Of a DNA stretch of 64,000 nucleotides, positions 51,319 to 64,000 are shown piece after piece (position 1 is the first letter of the stretch; the number at the start of each line of letters is the position of its first letter). A program made the translations under genes and the position numbers. Below the pieces are notes generated by a model, which was not told the DNA's origin, searched no databases, and saw only the letters and a list, made by a program, of their open reading frames with translations. Source of the DNA: Eledone cirrhosa (taxonomy: Eukaryota); NCBI GenBank assembly GCA_964016885.1, contig OZ024745.1, positions 32,922,001 through 32,986,000 of the forward strand, in the 5' to 3' direction.

Positions 51319-52262
51319 TGTCAGGTCGCTTTTGAATGCTACTAATAATACGTAACAGTGTACATGTTGCATTGTCGAGTCATCTTCGACTAAACCGGCA
51401 ACCCCAACTAAGCTTGCTTGGTTAGGAGGAGGATTTTTGGACACTCTAACGGCCATACAATAAAGTATTGGGTTGACCAGAAAGTTCCTGTCGTTTTGTA
51501 AAAGGAGATAATTTGGTAGAGTTTTCTGGAAATGTTGAAAGTTGCGCATGTGCAGATATATAAGAAGTAATGTTGGCATGCGCTATGTACATTCATTTTC
51601 TCATTGCGCAAAACATACGAAGACAGAGAAATAGGACTTGGCTTAACACTACACAGACAAAGAAGTAGAAGACATCTTGCAATTAATGTTACAGATCTAA
51701 ACTTTGCAGACAACCTGGCTCTGATAACAGAAGATATAGATCAGGCACAAGAGGTACTAAGCAGATTAGAGCGGGAGGTAACAAAGGTGGGATTGCATTG
51801 CAATGGGAAGAAAACAGAGTTGCAAATTTTCAATCGTGATGTACCTGTTGATATCACGGTAGTGGAGAAATGTTGAAAGTTGTTGATAACTTGAAATATC
51901 TAGAATCCTGAACCCAAAGTTCTGAAAAAGACTTCTCGGTAAGAAAAGCGCTGACGTGGACAGCATGTCGTAAATTAAAAAGAAGGCTGAAGGTTAGATT
52001 GTTGATGGCTACAGTAGAATATGTTTTGCTTTATGGAGCAGAAACATGGACACCTTAAAGAAATGATTCAATTGGTGCCTCACTAGAATGCTTAGAATGG
52101 CACTCAATGTGTCATGGAGAGGTCATGTAACAAATGCAGAACTTTTTGATGACTTCCAAAAATTTCATTAAAAGTTCAACAAAGAAAGACACAACGATGA
52201 GGTGTCAAACAAGTTAGTTCTCTGGTAACCTACAGAGGGAAGAACCTGTAGAGGAAGGATGT
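51319..52262 (+). mobile_element. Decayed RTE-clade LINE (5' leader at 51319-51460; RT fragment 51630-52260)
   Basis: RSRRH...TDLNFADNLAL...AQEVLSRLE...VGLHCNGKKT, then LLYGAETW and RMLRMALNVSW with frameshifts. Confidence 0.8.
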
Positions 52263-52831
52263 GCCATGCGGAGAGTTTGGGGACATTCTCGGGTCCCTCG
52301 GGGGGTGGGGATCAGTAATTGTACAAAGTGTGTTCGTAAATATGGGATTTCTTGTAATGTTCTTCTCCTGTCATATATAATGTTTTTTTTATGTAAAATT
52401 AAATTATTAGATTCTCCACTTGCTATATCAAAATGAATCCGTTACACTAAAATTTCGCCGGAGATAGATTAGCAAAATTTAATAAGCGAGTGGGTGGGGA
52501 CGATTATTCAAAACCTGAGAGTACGTGAATTATTGACGCACGTAAGAATGAAAACTCAATGCCGAAGTAGAGTTTGAATATTCATTTATTATGGCTAAGC
52601 CTTGTTACTCTGGAGTCTCACCTGTGTTCTTACCAGAAAAGACTGTTGATCCTGTGAGTGCGCAGGTGAAACTTTAGAGTAACAAAGCTAACCAATAGCC
52701 ATAATAAATGAATATATCTAGGAGATGTAAAAATTGGGTATAATACGAGTTTCTTACGAAATGCGAAGAAGCTCGATATATTAACCCCTTAGGAAAGGGC
52801 ACAGAGCATTTTTTTTTTTATTATATCTATA

Positions 52832-53089
52832 CAGTAGCGGTGGAACGTTTGGGGGGGGGGGAAGCATGCCCCCTCCGATAATTATATTTTCTCCCCAAAC
52901 TACAAAATACAATAACACACATCTATTTGGATTTGCGCTACAATTTATGCACATGTTATGTTTATCGCATATTGAAGTTTTCTGCCCGTTTTTTAGTGCA
53001 AAGGGCTAAACTAATCACTACAACTAAATTGTCCAAATCCCCCACACACACCCACCCACACACATTCAGAAATGCTACCACCACTACTG
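52832..53089. mobile_element. MITE (TIR CAGTAGCGGTGG / CCACCACTACTG); longer relative at 55258-55959
   Basis: Terminal inverted repeats and shared internal sequence between the two copies. Confidence 0.6.
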
Positions 53090-53437
53090 CAATATACTAA
53101 TAACAACTACCTCACAATAAAATATGAAGTTTACATCTATTTTGATTCAACCATTTTAAAAACTAAATTTAGCTTACTACCAACGTTTGACAGTTGTACA
53201 TTGGAAATACAGATAAACCATAAAAAGCTACGTGTTAAGTTTATATTTAAATTGGAGCTTATAAAGATCTCCGATCTCGGGTTTATTTTCATTGGACGAA
53301 ACCATTGCATCTGCATTTGAAATCGGAATTCACTTTCTATGAATAAGTAATTAAGCGCGTGCACATTGAGGATTTTATGTTTAGCATACAGATAAGAATC
53401 TGTCATTATGCTAGGAATATGTAAACATCGCCATATT

Positions 53438-53543
<106 letters not shown>

Positions 53544-54296
53544 GCGGAGAGAGAGGAGGGGTGTACGGGTGGATATGAATAGATAGATAGATAGATAGAT
53601 AGTTAGATAAACGGGCGAACGATTTGACGGCTGAGAAAGTGTGCGTGAATGACTGAGAATGTCTGGTCAAATTATATATACATATTTATTCATAGGTACT
53701 TTTGCGTATTTCCACTGGTTAATTTATAAGAATGACGTTTGTATTTGATAGAAGTAAGGCCTTTAACTGATGGTGGAGTCGTGAGGACGCCCCCATGACA
53801 TACGGTGTGTCTTTGGTATTTTACAGCTGGCAAAGCCGATCCTACTTCATGTAGGAACACAGGCGATTTCTTCTAGGGGAATAAAAAAGATAGAAGAAGA
53901 AGAAGAAGAAGAAGAAGAAGAAGAAGAAGAAGAAGAAGAAGAAAAATCGACCGCAGTATTAAACTAGAACTTTATTTATCGACCTTGAAAAGATGAAAGG
54001 CAAAGTTGACCTCAGTGGGATTTAAACTCAGAACGCAATGAGCCGGAACAAATACCGGGACATCCAACGCCCGAAAGATTCCGCCAAAAAAGCACAAACT
54101 TGTGTGGCTTTAATTCATTGATACAGTGAGGGTTACGAGAGGGACTAAAGCCAATGAGAGCTTGGAACATCGCCTCACAAATTCAGTTCATTTCCATGAT
54201 GAGTCAATATGACTGGCGAAGCCTATTTCCCTCAAAGTAACAGTTGTTCTACTATTTCACATTATATCACATCAGTATCGGTAGAGGGTCGGACGC

Positions 54297-54385
54297 CATG
54301 CATAGAGTTACGGCCATGCATAGAGTTACGGCCATGCATAGAGTTACGGCCATGCATAGAGTTACGCCATGCATAGAGTTACGGC
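54297..54385. repeat. 18-bp tandem repeat (~5 copies) expanded inside a SINE head
   Basis: Unit CCATGCATAGAGTTACGG lies between the SINE A and B boxes. Confidence 0.9.
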
Positions 54386-54718
54386 CCTTTCCATTCTGAG
54401 TTCAAATCCCGCCGAGGTTAACTTTACCTTTCATCCTTACGGGATCGATAAAATAAAGTACCAGTAATGTACTGGGTAATTGTTGGCCTTGTGCCAAAAG
54501 TAGAAACAATTATATATATATAGGTGTGTGTGTGTATGTGTATATGTATGTGTGTGTATTATGTATATATATATATATGTGTGTGTGTGTGTATCGTCTA
54601 TCTTGTTTATACTCCCAAAATTAGAGTTTTTTCTCATTCAATTTTAATATATAATATTGTTTTCTGAGAGATTTCTTTCGTTGAGATGTTTTGGCATTAG
54701 TGACTAATTTAACCTTTA

Positions 54719-54779
<61 letters not shown>

Positions 54780-56312
54780 AACATACACACACACACATTA
54801 TATATAGTCACGCCATTTTGTAAATATACAACGATATTGTAGAATGAGTCCGTTCCTCTAACTGCTAAATAACAAAAGCAATATTTGTATAGCAATAACC
54901 ATTAAAAACACAAGAACTGTTAACTTTACTTTATATTTACCATTTATTTCTTGACACAGTTCTACTGTAGAGTTACATCAGAGTTCATACGAAGATGTTT
55001 TAAATCTTAAACTATCTCATATCTTCTAAACTATCTATTTTTATCTCCAAGTCTTTATTCAATAAAATGTTGTTTATTAAAATTAGACAGAAATTATATT
55101 TTCATTAATAAAAGAATATTTAATAAACTAGATCAGAAGCATTAAAGGTGAAATAATTGTAGTAAAGAGAATAATAATTATATAACTTTAGGCTGTGGCC
55201 TCTATCATAAAATATCCAAGAAACCCATGAGATGAAACCTCATAAAGACCGGCTAAACAGGGATGGTGGAACTGGGGGTGGGAGACATGAGTCCCCCTGC
55301 CCCTCAATAAATTTTTTTTTTCTCCAGAGACCAAAACACACATCTATTTATATGTGCGCTACAATTTATGTACATGTTATGTTTATCTCATATCGAAGTT
55401 TTTATATCTTGGTTGATATTTGATAATATATTATGTTACGGTTCATAGTAAATTTCTTTGTCATGTCATAACTTTTTCTCCACATATCACTATTTGCCAA
55501 TTGTTAGTATGTGTATTCAGGTCATTTTGTTATAATCACTTTATAAATATTGAAAGCTGTAAATGTAATATGACTTACTTAGACTTAAATTGCATTTTCT
55601 GACCATTTTAGAATGTGTGTGTGTGTGTGACCGCTCACACCTATGCAGGTTTAGCTGGCCTCCTCCAAGGTATATCTTGTTGGAGGTGTCTTGGGTGATT
55701 TAATGATATGGACCCCAGTCCTATCATCTCCTTTCTACAGCTGAGTAAACTGGAGCAACGTGAAATAAAGTGTCTTGCTCAAAGGTTGTGAGTTCAATTC
55801 TCGGTCCAAGAATTGAACTCACAACCTTTCGATTGCAAGCCCAATGCTCTAACCACTAAGCCATGCCCAAAGAGCTAAACTAATCACTACAACTAAATTG
55901 ACCAAATTTGCCCCCCCCCCCCCCCCTCCTCAAATTCAGAAATGCTTCCACCGCCCCTGCTAAACCTACGTAGGAGTGAGCAGTAACACTAATATCTCCG
56001 TGAGACACATCTGACATTTCTAGTAACGACGACATAGGTAAACAGCAAATATAAGACCACTTTATCATATCTGTCTAATCATTGGATTTCACACTCCTTC
56101 CACGTGCTAGTGCAGAAGTGGAAATGTTTGCCATTCTGAACACTGAAACAATATCGTCATATGAGGGGCAGCTGAAAAGTTCATAGGCTGACCAAGATGC
56201 TCTCATGGAATGGTCAAATGATGTTTATTTTTCAACATAGTCTTTGGCAATTAATTACTAATTACCATAGTTAAAATAAAGAAGATAATTAGCAAATATA
56301 TGTATGTATATA

Positions 56313-56852
56313 TGTCGGGTCACTCTTGAGTGGTACTGGTAACATGTAACCCAGTACAACCTGTCGCATGGTCGGGTCGTCGGCGACTAAACCGGCAACC
56401 CCACCAAGTTTACTTAGTGAGGAGGGTGATTTTGGACACCCTGCAGGACAAAAAACAAAACCTGACAAAGGGCGGAAGAACTCATAAGAGTCAACGGCCA
56501 TCAGAAAGTGTGTAAATATGTATATACACATATACCGCGCGGTTAAACCACTGGGAGCGAAGGACCCCCTAGCCTTTGTCACAGGGCATTCTTCTAGGAG
56601 AAGGCAACTCAGGGAACTGAGATAACTCCGATATAAAACCTGCGGCTCAGTAGTTAGCGATGATGTTGATCTTTTCTTCTTTTTGGGTTATAGCTACTGT
56701 CGCTCAGAGAGTGGGATTGGCTCAGTGCACAGTCTTTCCTCACTTTAAAAAAATATCTTCACGCACAGGCATTGCACGATAGAATTAATTAATAATTATT
56801 AATAATGGTATATCGTGCAATGGCCATACTCGATAACGAGGGGGCAGCCATC
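56313..56852 (+). mobile_element. Diverged copy of the short RTE-derived element
   Basis: Shares the 5' leader and the 3' tail TGGCCATACTCGA..ACGAG..GGCAGCCA with 13884-14490. Confidence 0.65.
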
Positions 56853-56873
56853 ATGTATGTATGTATGTATGTA

Positions 56874-56944
<71 letters not shown>

Positions 56945-57070
56945 GGAAAAAATGAAACGAAATTTCATTTCCCACTCTTAGTACGGCTGTTACTTAAATA
57001 TAAGTATGTACACGTACATACATATATGTATACAGACGTACAGTAGTATGTATATATATATATATACATA

Positions 57071-59090
57071 TTTAGCAGCATGGAATATAAAATGTTATTG
57101 AGACACGAGTAACATAATAATGATGTCAACAGCAGAAATTAGAGATGAAATGTATGTTTATTTTTGTTGTAGCACAAATAATTGTTTCTACTTTAGGCAC
57201 AAGGCCAGCAATTACCCAGTACATTACTGGTACTTTATTTTATCGACCCCGTAAGGATGAAAGGCAAAGTCAACCTCGGCGGGATTTGAACTCAGATCGT
57301 AAAGGGACGTAATTATGCTGGAAAGCATGGCGTCAGACCCTCTACCGATACTGCCAATCCACCATACAAGTTAACCACAAATAATTGTTTCTACTTTTGG
57401 CACAAGGCCAGCAATTACCCAGTGCATTACTGGTACTTTATTTTATCGACCCCGGAAGGATGAAAGGCAAAGTTAACCTCGGCGGGATTTCAAATAATGT
57501 TGGTTAACTTGTATGGTTGAAGTTACACATAAAAATGAGGTTACAAAAGGGAATGTGCCATTGCGCCGGAAAGCCGGCAGGCTAAGGTGAAATATCTCAC
57601 CGCCACATGTTGTACGTGTTGCTGGTTCGAGGTTCCTGGTGCGAGAGAGAGATTCTTCAAATCTTCGCGGGTAATTTCTCCCTCAGGACGCGTAGGGATA
57701 CATCCTCTTCTACTGGCGCTGATTGGCTGAGCTGAGCCAAATCACGCACAGAGAATGTATGTGAGCCCGCGGAATGTAGGTCACTACAATACTCCCCTCC
57801 TAGACGGAAGTCTATACAGATTATTGAATCAGCAAGAACAAATGCTGAAAGAGCACATCAGTGAAAAAATAATTGAGCAGAAGGATGCATGCAAGAAAAA
57901 AAATGAGGCGCTAAGGGCCGTGTTGAGCCGCTGTGTCAAATGACTAGCTGTTTTGTAGTTTATACGTGACCACCAAAGGTCTAACAGAAAACGGATAAAG
58001 TCTGACATGGGCGAAGTTGCTGTTCTTGCATTAAATGTTAATGGTAAGTGTTGTACCAGTAGCTGTGGATGAAGCTATTATGGTAGTTTACCAGTGCTGG
58101 CAAGAAGATGATGGGTAGGCGAGAAAATGTTGGCCTCCCAGATGTATTGCCGAATGTGCTAGGAAGCCAGGAAAAAATGGCTGGTTGCTTTGAAAAGAAA
58201 AAAAGCAAGTTGAATCTGTAGGTGGGTTGCAGTTCCATAATTCGGGCGAATCCACAGAAGTGGTGGAAATGCTGACAAGTCCAGTTCTATTTGTTGTTTT
58301 CCCAGTGAGTCGGGTAAGATAACAGGATGGAGGTTGTTATGGACGATGATTGTGCAACGAGATGCGAAACTGTTTGAGTTCAGCTGCAATTAGTATTCTC
58401 GTGTTGCGGTGCCTGTTTGAATCCAGGTGAATTAAGCTCTATGAGTCGCTAGCATGTGACGGCACCTCAACCAGGTGAAAAGGGATCTCGCAGAATATTA
58501 CGTTTGAAGAACATATACTAAGAACAACATGTTGGTAGGTGACAAAGAAATGTGTGCATATGCAGGCATGTAAAACAGCAAAGAATGTGAATGAATAAAA
58601 ACCATGAGCAAGAAAACAGCAAAAGAGCACAAAACAAGTAAATGCATTTTACAAAGAAATATGTAAATGTAACAAACTGATAATTCAAAGTCAATATAAG
58701 GGAGCAGAGAAATTAATGCTCAATGATAAGTTCAAAGTTTTTCAAAGTCAAATAGTTCACACATCACCAGTGTACATACTTTCTGACACTAGTTCTATCT
58801 GAAAACTGAAAAAGAAGTTTGTTAATGCCACTAGGGGTTAGATGTATATTGTTTTTGAGAGTTTTCGTGGCCATTTTACCGTCCTGCCACCTTGTGTGAC
58901 ATAAGGTTGTGTTGCTTGTTTGTATTGCAGGAAGCCGTATCGAAAGAAAAAAAAATGTCTCCGGGCTATCATTTTGAAAATACATGTGAAAGCATAGAAG
59001 TAAACAATATGATGTGTGGTGGTTGCGTCAGTAAGGCTATGAAGCTGCCATATCACTATTCCCTGTTGTTGGTTAGTGGTTAAACAATAT

Positions 59091-59128
<38 letters not shown>

Positions 59129-59846
59129 TTGTTGATTGTAGACAGGACTTGTCGGTAACCATTTTGAAATTTCCTCGTGGCGAAAAGTTTTTGAAATACT
59201 GCTAATTTTTTTAAAATTTTAAAAGGAATATTTGTATTTTCGTAAGTTGCGAAAAGGTTGGCAACGTGGTAATAACAGTGAAGTTCAACTGAATAAAAAG
59301 GCTGCCTAAAATTCTTACGTCGGTCACCAGTGTGGTAAAATGAAAGTATCCTAGTTGGATTGTTTATCGACATAGACGTGAGGGAAGGTCCCTCGTCTAT
59401 TTACCATTTTTGATTTTATAATATTCCTCACGTCAGGTCACCAATTTTGGCAGCATGGAATATAAATGTTATTGAGACACGAGTAACATAATAATGATGT
59501 CAACAGCAGAAATTAGAGATGAAATGTATGTTTATTTTCGTTGTAGCACAAATAATGTTGGTTAACTTGTATGGTTGAAGTTACACATAAAAATGAGGTT
59601 ACAAAAGGGAATGTGCCATTGCGCCGGAAAGCCGGCAGGCTAAGGTGAAATATCTCACCGCCACATGTTGTACGTGTTGCTGGTTCGAGGTTCCTGGTGC
59701 GAGAGAGAGATTCTTCAAATCTTCGCAGGTAATTTCTCCCTCAGGACGCGTAGGGATACATCCTCTTCTACTGGCGCTGATTGGCTGAACTGAGCCAAAT
59801 CACGCACAGAGAATGTATGTGAGCTCGCGGAATGTAGGTCACTACA
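57071..59846 (-). mobile_element. Internally deleted Gypsy/Ty3-like LTR retrotransposon
   Basis: LTRs 59446-59846 and 57071-57788 (latter with SINE inserts). PBS TGGTGACCTGACGTGA (59428-59443, tRNA-Trp-like). PPT GGAGGGGAGTAT (57789-57800). CATA TSD. Pol-like remnant TSGRPTFSR. Confidence 0.85.
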
Positions 59847-59990
59847 CATACATGCACACATATATATATGTACGTATGGATTCACCGAACATTTATTATA
59901 ATGCTCGGTGTGTTTGTAAACAAACATCCCGTATTAAGCCGTAGTGTCCAGCAACCATCGTTGCTCGTTTGTTCAACACTGACAAAGGAA

Positions 59991-60031
59991 CGCTGTACTA
60001 GTTTCAAGCTTATTAGCTATCGTCAGCAACG
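59991..60031 (-). ncRNA. Minimal type I hammerhead ribozyme
   Basis: Minus strand: CGTTG-CTGACGA-T-AGCT-AATA-AGCT-T-GAAA-CTAG-TA-CAGCG. Stem I has one G-U pair; GUA site. Confidence 0.8.
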
Positions 60032-60254
60032 TATACCTTCCTGCCAGATTGTTGGATACTACGGCTTAATACGGGATGTTTGTTTACAAACACACCGAGC
60101 ATTGTAATAAATGTTCGGTGAATCCATACGTACATATATATATGTCTGCATGTATGTATATATATATATATACATACTACTGTACGTCTGTATTCATATA
60201 TGTATGTACGTGTACATACTTATGTTTAAGTAACAACCGTACTAAGAGTGCACC

Positions 60255-61289
60255 CGGCCGATTAACCCACTCGATATGCAAATTGGGCTACTCACTCCCT
60301 CCATCGACCCCCACACCGTTCTCTCCCCGCTCCACCCACACCCTTTCTCAAACACTCACTCATCCCACTAACACCTCTACTAATACACACACACCCCCTC
60401 CTCACTCCAACTTTCACACCTACCCATCCTCGCCCCTTTACCATTCCACCCTACTGCTGCTATGCCCTCTGACCACCTCCCAGCACACACAGACACCAGC
60501 ACTCCTACTGCCTTGACCACTTCCTGTTGCGCGCGCACTCCACATCTCCCCTCTTCCGACCAATCTCTTCACGGATTACTCGTATGTGGACCTTGACCGT
60601 GGAATCAACTACCATCCTAGGATTTTACCAACCATTCTACCACATCTTCTTACGGAATCACCTTTACGACTCACCCACACACACACCCCAAAAAAATGTT
60701 TTTTCCCACACGCCACCTACACCCACAACACGCTTAAACACCACACACGTGCGTCCCACCATATATTTACACATTCAGCCTCAGGATTCCTCTCCCCCCC
60801 CCCCTCTATCCACACACGCACACACACTCCGACCTACACCCCACCCCACACACACCTCTTCCTGAACATGCAACCCCCTTCTTCCCCCAACCCTTGCTTT
60901 CACATACACACACGTACACCTACACACACACACCACCTTCAGCCCTCCCCGCTCGGACACCCCGTCTCCCTCTCCCCACTCCACCCGCCACCACCCCTAC
61001 ACGCCCACACCCTTCCACCACCTGTTTTACCCCAGTTTAATTTTATTTTGATCATGTTTTTATTTTTATTTTTATTTTAATTTCCACCGTTTCCTCCCAC
61101 CCCCTTTTTGCTATATGTCTCTCCACCACTCCCCTACACACCCTTTGAACTCTCTTCCCACACACTTTTCACCTGAAGAAGGGCTTATGCCCGAGACGTC
61201 GTTCCCCACCACTACCCCACTCTCAAGAGCGTGAAATTAATAAACATTCGTTGTACTGCCTCTCTGTTTTGTTCCTGTTAAAATTTTCC

Positions 61290-61292
<3 letters not shown>
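60255..61292 (+). mobile_element. Decayed PLE 3' end with C/A-rich UTR and degenerate HHR
   Basis: CTGAAGA-A-GGGC-TTAT-GCCC-GAGA-CGTC at 61173-61200, then AATAAA and a (TA)n tract. The upstream LDRGIN peptide is only weakly like a GIY-YIG C-terminus. Confidence 0.5.
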
Positions 61293-61324
<32 letters not shown>

Positions 61325-62228
61325 GTTCCATTCATATATTAAGCGTGAAACTAATATATATCTTCATTGATGGTGGATATAGAAATGTTGGATAGCCATG
61401 GCTCAGGTAGAAAGACAAACACAAGTGCAATCTTTCAGCAACCAATATACCTTATGAGACATTTGAGCAAGTGGCCTTGGAGCGGAACAACTAAAGATCT
61501 GTATATCATAATGGGATCAGGAACTTCGTGTAGGTTGTATCCATAGGTTACAAGAAGCAAAAAGGGGAAAGCATTATCAAACATACCAATAACATTATCC
61601 AGTAAACCTCACTCTTGCACTGTCTATGAACTTCCCCTTTTCTTGTGCGCCCTTGTGGCAAATAAAGAAATATATCTATGAAGTTGGCAAATCCTTGGAA
61701 GATCTAAAATATCATATCCGACATAAACATCCAAGCTAAATGAACTGAATAGATTGTTCGGATCCTCATATGCCGAAGTCGATGGGTGAGTATTATATTC
61801 AGGAATATTGTTTCATCGGATGAAACTACAGTAAAGGCGAGATTAATGGTAGAGCGGTCTTATTTTAGGTTGCTCTGCTATGAGTCTGCCCTTAGATAAC
61901 TTTGTAAAAATTATTGTGAACACACACAAAAACAAGATGGCGTAGGACAGAACAAGGGAGAGGCACAAAACAAAGAGAAGAATCCCCAGTCACCGAAGAG
62001 GTCGCAGAATGTGTGACGAAAGAACTTTGACAATATATGAACAACCGTCCGGTTATGGAACCAACCAACCAACCGGAAATTTATAAATTTTTTAAATTTA
62101 TAATAAATTGGAGTGAAAGCACTGGTGCGTGTGTTTCTTATTGGCAACATGACCCTCCCAAAGTATAACAATATCAGTTTCAACACACGTTTCCAGATAA
62201 AGAATCTTGCTAAACAAATTCAGAAATG

Positions 62229-62266
<38 letters not shown>

Positions 62267-62366
62267 TATCATTTAGAAATGAGCTCTTCATGACTAGGAA
62301 TCATAAGAAAATCGGTGTTTTTCTTTCGTTCTTTTTAGGAAAACCATTCTTAATTTTATGTGTGTT

Positions 62367-62424
<58 letters not shown>

Positions 62425-62425
<1 letters not shown>

Positions 62426-62594
62426 GTTATTCCGGGTTGAATCGGAGGTAACCACAGTAAGTAAGGTACTCAATACATAGCAGAGTATAGAAGTTTTAAT
62501 ATAGATGAGATTCTACAGGACTAGAACTGTTTCATTCCTGATGATTTCTAATGAATGAAACAGTTCTAGTCCTGTAGAATCTCATCTATATTAA

Positions 62595-62598
<4 letters not shown>
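62425..62598. mobile_element. Small fold-back element with HHR-like core, in (TA)n
   Basis: Inverted arms flank CTGATGA-TTTCTAATGAAT-GAAA-CAGTTCTAG-TC (62538-62571). Its tail is also found at 35143-35212. Confidence 0.6.
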
Positions 62599-62636
<38 letters not shown>

Positions 62637-63201
62637 TGTTTATACATGGCTTATAAATAAATAAAAGAAAAGTTAAACATGTCGATGTAAAAAAGAAAAG
62701 TGTTCATATGGATGCAATATGAAAGGTAAAATATTTTTTTTAAAAAGACAAAAGGATAGGAAAAAAATGAATGAAAGAAAGGGAGAAAGAAAGAAAGAAA
62801 GAAAGAGAGAGAGGGGGTACAGAGATAAGGGGATAGAAACAAAGAGACCAAGAAAAAAAATAGATAAGAAAAAAAAAAAATGAACGAATGAAGAAGAAAG
62901 AAAGAAAGAAAGGTATTGAGATATGTATTGAACGGTAAAGAAGGACAGCGAGGTTGTTGTCCAAGAGAAGCTATATTTCCAATAAATCAAAAGACAAGGT
63001 AATTTAATTGATGTCACACGATTACACTGGATGTTATTGTTCGCTAAAACTCAGGGAAAGTACTCGACTGGAATTATACAAGATTCAAGAGTCTATCCCA
63101 TTTAATTTTAACTGCAGCTCTGCCATACATTTTTATTTGTTTGTTCTTCTTCTTATTATTATTGTTTATTTATTTATTTTTGCTTTCTCTCCCTCCGGTC
63201 A

Positions 63202-63288
<87 letters not shown>

Positions 63289-63306
63289 ATCTCACTCTCT
63301 CTCTCT

Positions 63307-63338
<32 letters not shown>

Positions 63339-63342
<4 letters not shown>

Positions 63343-63539
63343 TTAATATAGATGAGATTCTACAGGACTAGAACTGTTTCATTCATTAGAAATCATCAGG
63401 AATCTGAGATTCCTGATGATTTCTAATGAATGAAACAGTTCTAGTCCTGTAGAATCTCATCTATATTAAAACTGTTATACTCTGCTATGTATTGAGTACC
63501 TTACTTACTGTGGTTACCTCCGATTCAACCCGGAATAAC

Positions 63540-63540
<1 letters not shown>
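63339..63540. mobile_element. Second fold-back of the same family, opposite orientation
   Basis: Palindrome centred at ~63404-63408 with an HHR-like core on both strands. Confidence 0.6.
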
Positions 63541-63625
<85 letters not shown>

Positions 63626-63671
63626 ATCTCACTCTCTCTCTCTTTATATATATATATATATATGTATCTCA

Positions 63672-63703
<32 letters not shown>

Positions 63704-63933
63704 CTTTCTCTCTCTCTCTCTGTCTGTCTATATATATATGTATATATGTGTATATACACCCTCACACATACACGTATATACATATATATTGACCGATCTG
63801 GCTCTATTATCTTTCCTTTCACGACGCCATCGCTAGACTGTCCACTCTCTGTCCATCTAGATCTTCTTCTTATTCATTCTTTCATTCATTTCTTCTTTGT
63901 TGAATTACCTCCTGTTGTCTTCATCTCCCCCTC

Positions 63934-64000
<67 letters not shown>

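Larger units (their letters stand above)
56973..60250. mobile_element. PLE-like fold-back element whose left arm is split by the LTR element
   Basis: 56973-57070 plus 59851-59954 is the reverse complement of ~60049-60250; HHR in the loop. Confidence 0.75.

Noticed and set aside
62176-62232. Minus-strand CTGAAT...GAAACGTGTGTT HHR-like string
   Set aside because: The core lacks CUGANGA and stem II is unconvincing.

Overview
AT-rich animal genomic DNA, most likely a cephalopod (Octopus-type). This is inferred from the tRNA-derived SINE families, the LINE/SINE tail TACTCTTTT...GGCCATGCTGGRGCAC and the kilobase-scale (TA)n/(TACA)n tracts. One host gene is supportable: a 5-exon cytosolic sulfotransferase (SULT) on the minus strand (45612->3091, 288 aa, ~37 kb first intron) with Ser in place of the canonical PAPS-loop Lys. 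The rest is repeats: SINEs, MITEs, CR1/L2, RTE and RLE LINE remnants, a hAT remnant, a Helitron with an in-window empty site, and an internally deleted Gypsy-like LTR element. The most striking signal is a set of unrelated Penelope-like (PLE) fold-back or tandem elements, mostly in (TA)n tracts, several carrying hammerhead ribozyme (HHR) motifs. These include two minimal type I HHRs 466 nt apart, a tandem pair of HHRs with a 115-nt stem II, an HHR in the loop of a hairpin split by the LTR element, and a 2.8-kb palindrome centred on a GIY-YIG endonuclease. Nearly all long Y/I-rich ORFs in the ORF track are microsatellite artefacts. All calls were made by eye; no searches were run.
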